A DNA stretch of 64,000 nucleotides from Gammaproteobacteria bacterium (lineage in GTDB: Bacteria; Pseudomonadota; Gammaproteobacteria; GRL18). Of this stretch, positions 17,181 through 25,502 are shown piece by piece; the stretch's first letter is position 1, and every line of letters starts with the position of its first letter. The notes under the pieces were generated by a model that did not search any database, was not told where the DNA came from, and saw only the letters and a list, made by a program, of their open reading frames with translations. The DNA lies in NCBI GenBank assembly GCA_027012135.1, contig JALUZF010000137.1, positions 946 through 64,945 of the forward strand, read 5' to 3'. The position numbers and the translations under genes were made by a program.

Positions 17181-17864
17181 CTAATCGGCGTTAACCGCAG
17201 TGATACCTTTCTGGGGGATGAATACCCCACATCCATAACTATAAAAGTCACCTACCCCGTTTTCCTGCAGGAGAATCGATTCTTCAGGGCTGATGTCCGC
17301 TATCATCAGGCTGCGGGTTTTAATTGGGCCACTGGGTGTGCTTAAAGTATGGGACTTGCCGCATAACATTTTACGCACATCAATATCCATGGCCTGGATT
17401 TGCTGGTAAATGACCTTTAAAAAAGCCTCTTCATCATTATCAGTGTTCGGAACATGGACATGACGAGAAACCAGTGTTGTTAAGGTACTTAATAACTGTT
17501 GTTCAGATTGGCCAAAAGTTAGCTTGAAGCCGTCAACGGTAATTTTTTTACCGGTTAAAGTCCGGGTATCTTCAATGCGGTGTCTGGGTACCCGTAGTTT
17601 CAGCCGGGTACGGCGGGAAAGCTGAATGACTTCATCATTAAATTCATCAGAACGTACCCAGCCGTTTCCTGATTGCGGGATATAAATATGATGCACAGCA
17701 CATTGAGATTCATCCTTGAACCAGGGCAGAAGCTCATTAATGGCATTGGTCAGGGACCAGGCATGATCCAGTTTGATCTGTTTACAATCCAGTTTAAATG
17801 ATAAATCAACGACTTTATCCGGTGCCTGAAATTCCTGTGGCTTTTCTTCTTCACTCCAGAACAT
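17181..17864 (-). CDS. Orphan Cas6/Cmx6-like RAMP protein
   Basis: 227 aa. N-terminal block VVDLSFKLDCKQIKLDHAWSLTNAINELLPW and C-terminal glycine-rich loop GVGDFYSYGCGVFIP match my recollection of the type I-MYXAN Cas6/Cmx6 family. No HMM search was run. Confidence 0.6.
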   Translation of the reverse strand: MFWSEEEKPQEFQAPDKVVDLSFKLDCKQIKLDHAWSLTNAINELLPWFKDESQCAVHHIYIPQSGNGWVRSDEFNDEVIQLSRRTRLKLRVPRHRIEDTRTLTGKKITVDGFKLTFGQSEQQLLSTLTTLVSRHVHVPNTDNDEEAFLKVIYQQIQAMDIDVRKMLCGKSHTLSTPSGPIKTRSLMIADISPEESILLQENGVGDFYSYGCGVFIPQKGITAVNAD

Positions 17865-17978
17865 TAAATTCTCTCATTAACTACTTACTTATAATTATTT
17901 ATCAATATCACAATGACTGACTATAACTACAACACAACTAAAATACAGGTATAACCTGATATTAGCACTTATAGCGAA

Positions 17979-18167
17979 TCAGGTTGGACTGGTAAATTTG
18001 GCTTCCAGATCAGATTCCCACTCATCAGGAGTATCAGGGAAGGGCGGTTTAATATCAATATCAAAAAACATTTCACCGTCCCGAGCCCTGGACTGAATAA
18101 AACGGATTAAATCGGCATAGGATTCAAGCTGATGATTCTGTATTAAAACTTCACTTAAAATTAACAT
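17979..18167 (-). CDS. Small acidic hypothetical protein (62 aa)
   Basis: Isolated ORF facing away from dsrA. No recognised domain. Confidence 0.4.
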   Translation of the reverse strand: MLILSEVLIQNHQLESYADLIRFIQSRARDGEMFFDIDIKPPFPDTPDEWESDLEAKFTSPT

Positions 18168-18612
18168 AGGAAAAGACTCAACAATTAATATGGGTTTAAC
18201 ATAAGACCTGGAGCTGATATTTTCAAGGTCTCTGGACAGAAGCTGTAATTATTATAGGTAAAACCATTATAGATGGAATGTCAGGAGGTGGACAAAGTAA
18301 AATACCATATTAAAGAGAGTGGATTCTGTTCCACCATAAGTGACCTGATTTGAACTGTTTTTATAAAGAATTTTAGAACTATTATTAAAGTAAAATAACC
18401 TATAAAAAAAGTGGGAATTTATAAGTAAGTCAATGATATTAAAGCATAAAAGTGACAGTCCGGGAGTATGCCTTAAAAGATATATCCACAAGGGGATAGT
18501 GGTGTAGGGAGCATGCCTCCCAAAGGAAGGGTGTAATACTTTATTATTAAGTCCTAAAATACATTTCATTGTTTTTCGTGTGCCTTGTTAAAAATCAGAT
18601 TATCGTGTATCT

Positions 18613-18641
18613 TTGCAAGGCTAAAGAATTCTGTTTATTAC
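18613..18641 (+). promoter_or_regulatory. Candidate sigma70 promoter for dsrA
   Basis: TTGCAA, a 17-nt spacer, then TATTAC, about 135 nt upstream of dsrA. The -10 lies within a tandem TTTATTACAG x2 repeat. Confidence 0.25.
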
Positions 18642-18776
18642 AGTTTATTACAGTCAGTGTTCAGGAATTGCGGCTTGAATTAAAGAAAGACAGGAAGCTT
18701 GCTCCAGACACTCTGAAATAAGATTACTAAGCGATATATTTGTTGGTAGAACCAACTTTACCTAAGGGAGAAAACC

Positions 18777-20036
18777 GTGCCTAAAGTCAAGATCTATGAT
18801 ACTCCGATGTTGGATGAGCTGGAAAATGGTGAATGGCCAAGCTTCATCAGCGGCATTAAGCGTTTAAGAGATGACCATCCGAATGAGCGTATCAATAATA
18901 TGGTTAATGGCCTGCTGGGTCAGCTGGAACATTCTTATGAAACTCGCATGGGTTGGTGGAAAGGCGGTACCGTATCTGTATTCGGTTACGGCGGCGGTAT
19001 TATTCCACGTTTTTCGGAAGTTGCTGAGCACTTCCCTGAATCCAAAGAATTTCACACTGTACGTGTTCAGCCGCCGGCGGGTAACTTCTACACCGCTGAT
19101 ATCCTGAATAAACTGGCGGATGACTGGGAGCAGCACGGCTCAGGCCTGCAGACGTTCCATGGTCAGACCGGTAACATTATGTTTATTGGTTCGACTACCG
19201 ATGAAATGCAGCCGTTCTTTGACAAAATCAATGCTTACGGTTGGGACCTTGGTGGTGCCGGCCCCTGTGTTCGTACTGCAATGGCCTGTGTTGGTGCGGC
19301 CCGTTGTGAACACTCCTGTACTAACGAACACGGTTTAATGCGTCACCTGGTCAATGAATTCCAGGACGATCTGCACAGACCGGCTCTGCCCTACAAGTGG
19401 AAGATTAAAGTATCCGGTTGTCCAAATGACTGCACCAACGCCATTGAACGTGCTGATATGGCCGTGATTGGTATCTGGCGCGATGACATGAAAGTGGACC
19501 AGGAAGAAGTTAAAAAGTTTGTTGAAGCCAAGGGTCGTGACTACGTTATCGATAACGTTACTGACCGTTGTCCTTCCAATGCCATTAAACTGAATGACGA
19601 CAACACTGTGGACATTAACAACCAGGAATGTGTTCGTTGTATGCATTGTATCAATGTTATGACCAAAGCCCTGGCGCCTGGTGATGACACGGGTGTAACC
19701 ATTCTTATCGGCGGTAAGCGTACTCTGAAGATTGGTGACATGATGGGTACTGTGGTTGTTCCATTTATGAAAGTGGATACCATGGATCAAATCGAAGCAC
19801 TGGTTGAACTGACCGGTGAAATGATTGATTTCTTCGCAGAAAACGCTCTGGAACACGAACGTACCGGTGAAATGATTGAACGTATTGGTCTGGTTAACTA
19901 CCTGGAAGGTTTAGGTTTAGATCTGGATCCCAATATGGTCAGCGAGCCGCGTCAATGTTCATACGTACGTATGGATGGCTGGGATGAAGAAGTTAAGAAG
20001 TGGTATGACAAGAAAGCTGAAGCAGCTTCTGCATAA
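18777..20036 (+). CDS. dsrA: Reverse-type dissimilatory sulfite reductase alpha subunit
   Basis: 419 aa. GTG start 6 nt after GGGAG. Siroheme/[4Fe-4S] Cys motifs (CVRTAMACVGAARC, CPNDC) and a ferredoxin insert (CVRCMHC). Confidence 0.95.
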   Translation: MPKVKIYDTPMLDELENGEWPSFISGIKRLRDDHPNERINNMVNGLLGQLEHSYETRMGWWKGGTVSVFGYGGGIIPRFSEVAEHFPESKEFHTVRVQPPAGNFYTADILNKLADDWEQHGSGLQTFHGQTGNIMFIGSTTDEMQPFFDKINAYGWDLGGAGPCVRTAMACVGAARCEHSCTNEHGLMRHLVNEFQDDLHRPALPYKWKIKVSGCPNDCTNAIERADMAVIGIWRDDMKVDQEEVKKFVEAKGRDYVIDNVTDRCPSNAIKLNDDNTVDINNQECVRCMHCINVMTKALAPGDDTGVTILIGGKRTLKIGDMMGTVVVPFMKVDTMDQIEALVELTGEMIDFFAENALEHERTGEMIERIGLVNYLEGLGLDLDPNMVSEPRQCSYVRMDGWDEEVKKWYDKKAEAASA

Positions 20037-20073
20037 GACACACTTCGAACATCTTTAGATAATTGTTAATTCG

Positions 20074-20106
20074 TCATTATCAGGCAGTTCTACTGCCCGA
20101 TAATGA
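20074..20106 (+). promoter_or_regulatory. Strong stem-loop in the dsrA-dsrB spacer
   Basis: tcattatcaggcag / ttcta / ctgcccgataatga pairs at 13 of 14 positions and has no U-run. Candidate mRNA processing or stability element. Confidence 0.5.
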
Positions 20107-20136
20107 ACAATAAGTTTATTAGAACAGGAAATTAAT

Positions 20137-21213
20137 ATGGCTGCAGATAAACCAAAAATGCCTATCGAATCGGGAGCTCCAGACGGCTTCCAGTATATGC
20201 ACCCAACCATGCGCAGAAACTTTGGTCAGTGGAAATATCATGAAAGACCACGTCCAGGTGTACTGAAGCACGTTGCACACAGCGGTGATGAAATCTACAC
20301 CATTCGTGTCGGTACTTCCCGTATTCTGGATGTATTCACTCTGCGTGAAATTACCCGTATTGCTAACGAACTGGGTGACGGCTTTATCCGTTTCACTATT
20401 CGTTCCAACCTTGAATACATGGTTGACGACGAAGCAAAAGTAGCACCAATGATCGAAGCGATTGAAAAAGCCGGTCTGATTGTCGGTGGTACAGGTCCTA
20501 CTATTACTTCACCTTCTCACACACAGGGCTGGCTGCACTGTGACATCCCAGGTTCTGATGCTTCTGGCGTTGTTAAGTCCATGATGGATGAGCTGGTAGA
20601 AGAATTTAAACGTGAAGAAATGCCTAACCGCGTTCACATTACTACTTCCTGCTGTCAGATTAACTGTGGTGGGCAGGGTGATATTGCGATTAACATTCAG
20701 CACACCAAGCCACCCAAGATTGCTCACGAACTGGTAGCCAATGCCTGTGAACGTCCAACCGTTGTTGCCCGTTGCCCGGTTGCTGCCATTCGTCCTGCCA
20801 TGGTTGACGGTCATCCAACTCTGGAAGTTGATGAGAAGAAATGTATCTGTTGTGGTGCATGTTACCCACCATGTCCTCCAATGCTGATTAACGACGCGGT
20901 TTACACTACCCTGGCTATCTGGGTTGGTGGTAATCACTCAAACGCTCGTGGCAAGCCTACTTTCCAGAAACTGGTTGCGGCTGGCATTCCAAACAACCCA
21001 CCACGCTGGCCTGAAGCTACCGCTTTAGTTAAGCGTATCCTGAAAGTCTACAAAGAAGACGCTAAGGACTGGGAACGTATGAATGACTGGATTGAGCGTA
21101 TCGGCTGGTTTGGTTTCTTTGAAAAGACCGGTCTGCCATTCACCAAGTTCCATATTGATGACTGGAGAGGCGCGCGTAACAGCCTGAACGCTTCTACGCA
21201 TATCCGCTTTTAA
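20137..21213 (+). CDS. dsrB: Reverse-type dissimilatory sulfite reductase beta subunit
   Basis: 358 aa, collinear with DsrB. Ferredoxin-like CICCGACYPPCP and the TSCCQINCGG cluster motif. Confidence 0.95.
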   Translation: MAADKPKMPIESGAPDGFQYMHPTMRRNFGQWKYHERPRPGVLKHVAHSGDEIYTIRVGTSRILDVFTLREITRIANELGDGFIRFTIRSNLEYMVDDEAKVAPMIEAIEKAGLIVGGTGPTITSPSHTQGWLHCDIPGSDASGVVKSMMDELVEEFKREEMPNRVHITTSCCQINCGGQGDIAINIQHTKPPKIAHELVANACERPTVVARCPVAAIRPAMVDGHPTLEVDEKKCICCGACYPPCPPMLINDAVYTTLAIWVGGNHSNARGKPTFQKLVAAGIPNNPPRWPEATALVKRILKVYKEDAKDWERMNDWIERIGWFGFFEKTGLPFTKFHIDDWRGARNSLNASTHIRF

Positions 21214-21300
21214 TTAACTGCGGATCCGGACTGCTGTACTGTAAGCTAATAGAAAAGTTCAGTAAGTTCGGTTCTGCAATAAGCAAATGGTAAATCTTTA

Positions 21301-21693
21301 ATGAAGTTTACATTACTAATTAATGAAGGACCCTATCAGCACCAGGCTTCTGATACTGCGTATCAGTTTGCTAAAGCCGCTATTGCCAGGGGTCATGAAA
21401 TTTATCGAGTGTTCTTCTATAACGATGGCGTAAACAACGCGACACGTTTGGCTATTCCACCTCAGGATGACCGTAATATTACGGAAAACTGGGCAGCTCT
21501 GGCTAAGGAACATGATATGGATATGGTTGTATGTATCGCTGCTGCACAGCGTCGTGGCATGTTAGATGCTGACGAAGCTGAAAGACAGGGTAAAGATGCA
21601 CACAATATTCATCCTGCGTTTCGTATTTCCGGTCTGGGCCAGTTAGTTGAAGGTGGTATCCAGTCTGATCGTTTATTAACATTTGGTGATTAA
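21301..21693 (+). CDS. dsrE: DsrE sulfurtransferase subunit
   Basis: 130 aa, DsrE/TusD family. Conserved Cys in VVCIAAAQRRG. Position after dsrB. Confidence 0.9.
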   Translation: MKFTLLINEGPYQHQASDTAYQFAKAAIARGHEIYRVFFYNDGVNNATRLAIPPQDDRNITENWAALAKEHDMDMVVCIAAAQRRGMLDADEAERQGKDAHNIHPAFRISGLGQLVEGGIQSDRLLTFGD

Positions 21694-21704
21694 GGGGAAT
21701 AAAT

Positions 21705-22115
21705 ATGAGTGATGACATAAAAAAATTCATGTTTGTGAACACCAAAGCACCATATGGTACTGTTTACGCACTGGAATCACTGGAAGTGGTATTGATTAGT
21801 GCTGCATTTGATCAGGACGTCAGCCTTGCATTTTGCGATGACGGCGTATTTCAAATCACCAAAAATCAAAACACTGAAGGTTCTGGCATGAAGAACTTTT
21901 CACCAGCCTATAAAGCGCTGGGTGACTACGATATTAACAAATTATATGTTGAAAAAGAGTCACTGGAAGAACGTGGTTTGACACTGGATAACCTGATGGA
22001 TCTGACTTATGAAGATGAGGACGATGATTGGGCAGAAAAACCATCCATTAAACTTGTTACACGCGCTGAACTTGCTGATCTGATGGATCAACAGGACGTA
22101 GTAATTAGTTCTTAA
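21705..22115 (+). CDS. dsrF: DsrF
   Basis: 136 aa, DsrF/TusC-like, between dsrE and dsrH. Confidence 0.9.
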   Translation: MSDDIKKFMFVNTKAPYGTVYALESLEVVLISAAFDQDVSLAFCDDGVFQITKNQNTEGSGMKNFSPAYKALGDYDINKLYVEKESLEERGLTLDNLMDLTYEDEDDDWAEKPSIKLVTRAELADLMDQQDVVISS

Positions 22116-22144
22116 GGCGATTGTCTCTTAACAGGAGTAAAACT

Positions 22145-22453
22145 ATGGCAATGTTACACACCGTAAATAAATCACCTTTTGAGCGTAATTCCTTAAATTC
22201 GTGTCTGACTAAATCAAAAGAAGGTTCTACCATTCTGTTGATTGAAGACGCGGTTCTGGGCGCGTTAAAAGGTACTGTGATTGCAGATAAATTAACCACT
22301 GCAATGACCACAAAAAATATCTATGTTTTAGGTTCCGACCTGAATACACGTGGATTTACAGAAGCTGACATACTTGACGGAATTAAAGTCGTCGATTATT
22401 CAGGTTTTGTTGATTTAGTAGCCGAGCATGCAAACGTTCAGTCTTGGCTGTAA
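22145..22453 (+). CDS. dsrH: DsrH
   Basis: 102 aa from ATG 22145 (AGGAG 7 nt upstream). DsrH/TusB-like with N-terminal Cys (NSCLTKS). The track ORF begins at an upstream TTG. Confidence 0.9.
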   Translation: MAMLHTVNKSPFERNSLNSCLTKSKEGSTILLIEDAVLGALKGTVIADKLTTAMTTKNIYVLGSDLNTRGFTEADILDGIKVVDYSGFVDLVAEHANVQSWL

Positions 22454-22507
22454 ATATTTTTATACTAGCAACATCATAATTAACATCTAAATATTGGAGT
22501 TTAAACA

Positions 22508-22843
22508 ATGGCTACTATTACTGTAGACGGTAAAGAGATCGAAGTAGACGAAGAAGGCTATCTGGTAAACCTGAGTGACTGGTTCCCAGCTGTAGCTGAA
22601 GAAATGGCTAAAATCGATGAAGTTGAACTAGGTGAAGATCACTGGGACATCATTAACTTCCTGCGTGAGTACTACGAAGAGTATCAAATTGCTCCAGCAG
22701 TACGTGTACTGACTAAAGCAGTTGCTAAAAAACTGGGTAAGGAAAAAGGTAACTCTAAGTACCTTTATGAATTATTCCCATATGGCCCTGGTAAGCAAGC
22801 ATGTAAATTTGCTGGTCTGCCTAAGCCAACTGGTTGTGTATAA
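22508..22843 (+). CDS. dsrC: DsrC
   Basis: 111 aa. The C-terminal arm CKFAGLPKPTGCV carries both redox-active cysteines. Confidence 0.95.
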   Translation: MATITVDGKEIEVDEEGYLVNLSDWFPAVAEEMAKIDEVELGEDHWDIINFLREYYEEYQIAPAVRVLTKAVAKKLGKEKGNSKYLYELFPYGPGKQACKFAGLPKPTGCV

Positions 22844-22888
22844 CACACAGTCGAAGACGAATTATCAGTTGTTTTAACTGAAATTCAT

Positions 22889-22940
22889 GTCTGGAAACGT
22901 GTTGTCAGGAGTTAAATTCTGGATAACACGCCTTCCAGAC
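22889..22940 (+). promoter_or_regulatory. Long hairpin between dsrC and dsrM
   Basis: gtctggaa-a-cgtgtt ... aacacg-cc-ttccagac gives 8 + 6 bp of stem. An A-rich tract follows rather than a U-run. Candidate attenuator or processing site. Confidence 0.5.
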
Positions 22941-22973
22941 ACCGTATTAAAAAATTATTAATGGGTAGGTAAT

Positions 22974-23717
22974 ATGTCAGCGTTTTATGCGCTACTTTTT
23001 ACAGTGGCTTTTCTTGTCCTGGTAATAGGCTTAGCGAAAAAAATATACCAATATTCACGAGTGCCTGCACCTCTGAAGATTCCTGTTACACCTGCGCCTT
23101 TAACAAAAGGTGGTGTTGCTGTCAGACTGGCTAAAGAAGCAATCTTGTTTGCCGCCTTATTCCGTTCCAATAAATGGACCTGGTTGTTTGGCTGGATGTT
23201 CCATATGAGCCTGTTTGTGGTTCTTACCATACATTTACGTTATTTTATTAAAGATGTGCCAGAGTGGCTGGTACTATTGCAGCCTATCGGTAAATACGCT
23301 GCTTTTACAATGATTATCGGCCTGCTGGGTCTGCTGGTACGACGTATGTTCGTTGCCAGAGTTAAATATATTTCATCACCTTCAGATTACCTGTGGCTAT
23401 TACTGTTATTAGTTATTGGACTGACCGGTGTTACCATGCGCTTTATATCTCATACTGATATTATCAGCGTTAAAGAATTTTCACTGGGTATACTGAGTTT
23501 CAACTGGCAAACCTTACCAATGGATGTACCTTTGCTGGTGCATCTGTTTCTGGTTGCAATCTTAATGATTTTATTACCCTTTAGTAAGTTATTACATATC
23601 CCGGGTCTGTTTTTTGCTCCTTCACGTAACCAGGTTGATAACCCACGTGAAAAGAGACATATCGCACCATGGGCTGCTGAATTAGAAGCAGAAAAAAATA
23701 AAATGCAACCTAAATAA
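22974..23717 (+). CDS. dsrM: DsrM, NarI-like heme-b membrane subunit
   Basis: 247 aa, polytopic membrane protein, in the canonical position after dsrC. Confidence 0.9.
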   Translation: MSAFYALLFTVAFLVLVIGLAKKIYQYSRVPAPLKIPVTPAPLTKGGVAVRLAKEAILFAALFRSNKWTWLFGWMFHMSLFVVLTIHLRYFIKDVPEWLVLLQPIGKYAAFTMIIGLLGLLVRRMFVARVKYISSPSDYLWLLLLLVIGLTGVTMRFISHTDIISVKEFSLGILSFNWQTLPMDVPLLVHLFLVAILMILLPFSKLLHIPGLFFAPSRNQVDNPREKRHIAPWAAELEAEKNKMQPK

Positions 23718-23836
23718 CCCTGTTGTCAACGGGTTGCCTGTTTGATGATTTATCCGTACAGGATCAGGCAACACAAACAAAACCAACATAGTTATTAGGG
23801 TCATTGTTATTAGGATTTTTTTGAGGATATAGAAAA

Positions 23837-25378
23837 GTGGCAGACTTTGAAACTCCCAAGTTTAGAGAGTATCCAGTAGTACCAGAACTTAAGCCAGATG
23901 CTATGGCAGGTGATGGTCCATTTGTTTCCCGTGCGGAATATGATGAAGACCTGGGTTATCCCGGCGAAATGCCCGAGAACTGGAAAGAAAAGACTCTGGA
24001 CAAGATGCAGGATCTGTTAGGACGCTATCGTTCCTTCCAGGTATTTATGGACTCCTGTATCAAATGCGGAGCCTGTACTGATAAATGCCATTACTTTATT
24101 GGTACTAATGATCCTAAGAATATGCCGGTTGCCAGACAGGATCTGATGCGTAAGGTCTATCGTCGCTATTTCACTTTTGCTGGTAAGTTTTTCCCAAAAC
24201 TGGTAGGCGCTGTTGACCTGACTGAAGATGTATTAAAAGAATGGTTTAACTACTACCATCAGTGCTCAGAATGTCGCCGCTGTTCAGTCTTCTGTCCCAT
24301 GGGCATTGATACTGCTGAAGTGACTATGGCGGCTCGTGAAATTCTGGCTCATGTTGGTTACGGCCAGAAATATTCCAACCAGATTATTCAGAAAGTTTAT
24401 AAAATTGGTAATAACCTGGGACTTCCCGGACCGGCTCTGGAAGGTATTCTGGAAGATCTGGAAGAAGAAGTTGAAGAAGACACCGGTGTACCTGTTAAAT
24501 ATAATATGGATAAGGAAGGTGTTGAAGCCTTACTTATGACACCTTCAGCAGACTTTTTTGCTGAGCCTCATATTGATGGCCTGATTGGCTATGGTAAAGT
24601 ACTGCACGAATTGGGTATTACCTGGACCGTTAGTTCCAAAGCCTCAGAAGCAGCCAACTTTGGCCTGTTTATTGGCAGCTATGATAATATCCAGCGTGTT
24701 TCCATGCGGATCCGTGAAGCGGCTATTGACCTTAAAGTTAAGCGTATTATTTTTGGTGAATGTGGCCATGCCTGGCGCGTAGCCTACAGCTTCCTGAATA
24801 CCCTTGCCGGTCCTTTTGATTTTCTGGATCAGAACTATCCCGTACCGCAACACATCCTTGAAGTTACCTATGGTGCAATTCAGGAAGGCAAGTTACGCCT
24901 TAATAAAGAAGAAAATGATCACCTGACCATGACCTTCCATGACTCCTGTAATGTAGCACGTGCTTCACGAATGGGTGATAAGCCGGGCGGTCAGTTTGAC
25001 ATTCCACGAGCCGTTATTAAAGCAGCCTGTAATAATTATGTCGATATGGACTCTGATACCATTAAAGACGCAACTTTCTGTTGCGGCGGCGGCGGTGGTC
25101 TGTTAACCGATGACCTGATGGAACTGCGTGTGAAAGGTGCCTTACCAAGAATGGAAGCCCTTAAGAAAGTGACAGACGAAGATGGTGTTACTAATGTGGC
25201 AGCTATCTGTGCAATCTGTAAGAGTCAGTTTACCAAAACATTACCATATTATGGTTTTGAGATGGACGCTATTATGAGTGTGCATCAGCTGGTAAGTGAA
25301 GCTATCGTGATGACCGGTAGTGAACAAGAGAAAGAATTAGACGGTGTTGAGGAAGAGGCTAAGGATACTGAAGAGTAA
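23837..25378 (+). CDS. dsrK: DsrK, HdrD-like iron-sulfur catalytic subunit
   Basis: 513 aa, GTG start. Two CxxCxxCxxxC clusters (CIKCGACTDKC, CSECRRCSVFC) and a CCG domain (CCGGGGG). Confidence 0.9.
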   Translation: MADFETPKFREYPVVPELKPDAMAGDGPFVSRAEYDEDLGYPGEMPENWKEKTLDKMQDLLGRYRSFQVFMDSCIKCGACTDKCHYFIGTNDPKNMPVARQDLMRKVYRRYFTFAGKFFPKLVGAVDLTEDVLKEWFNYYHQCSECRRCSVFCPMGIDTAEVTMAAREILAHVGYGQKYSNQIIQKVYKIGNNLGLPGPALEGILEDLEEEVEEDTGVPVKYNMDKEGVEALLMTPSADFFAEPHIDGLIGYGKVLHELGITWTVSSKASEAANFGLFIGSYDNIQRVSMRIREAAIDLKVKRIIFGECGHAWRVAYSFLNTLAGPFDFLDQNYPVPQHILEVTYGAIQEGKLRLNKEENDHLTMTFHDSCNVARASRMGDKPGGQFDIPRAVIKAACNNYVDMDSDTIKDATFCCGGGGGLLTDDLMELRVKGALPRMEALKKVTDEDGVTNVAAICAICKSQFTKTLPYYGFEMDAIMSVHQLVSEAIVMTGSEQEKELDGVEEEAKDTEE

Positions 25379-25502
25379 TCCTGCTGTCGTCCTAAACCCG
25401 AACATAATTAACACTGAATTACTGTTTTAAGATAGAACGTATTTTAAGATACAAACTAGCAATTAATTTTTGCCCAAATATAGCTTGATAGGAGAAAGAT
25501 AA

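Noticed and set aside
18267-18569. 100-aa minus-strand ORF in the dsrA upstream region
   Set aside because: It lies in an extremely AT-rich region. The product is Phe/Leu/Asn/Tyr-rich with low complexity, has no RBS and no domain. It is most likely a compositional artefact.
19335-19856. 173-aa antisense ORF inside dsrA, and similar ones inside dsrB (20509-20937) and dsrL (26535-27065, 26126-26437)
   Set aside because: They are antisense or alternate-frame ORFs within strongly supported, motif-rich dsr genes. Their products have no motifs. This is the typical shadow-ORF pattern.
22860-22880. Single TAACTGA heptamer, checked because tandem TAACTGA repeats are reported in large sulfur bacteria and cyanobacteria
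   Set aside because: There is only a single copy here, not a tandem array, so no inference is possible.
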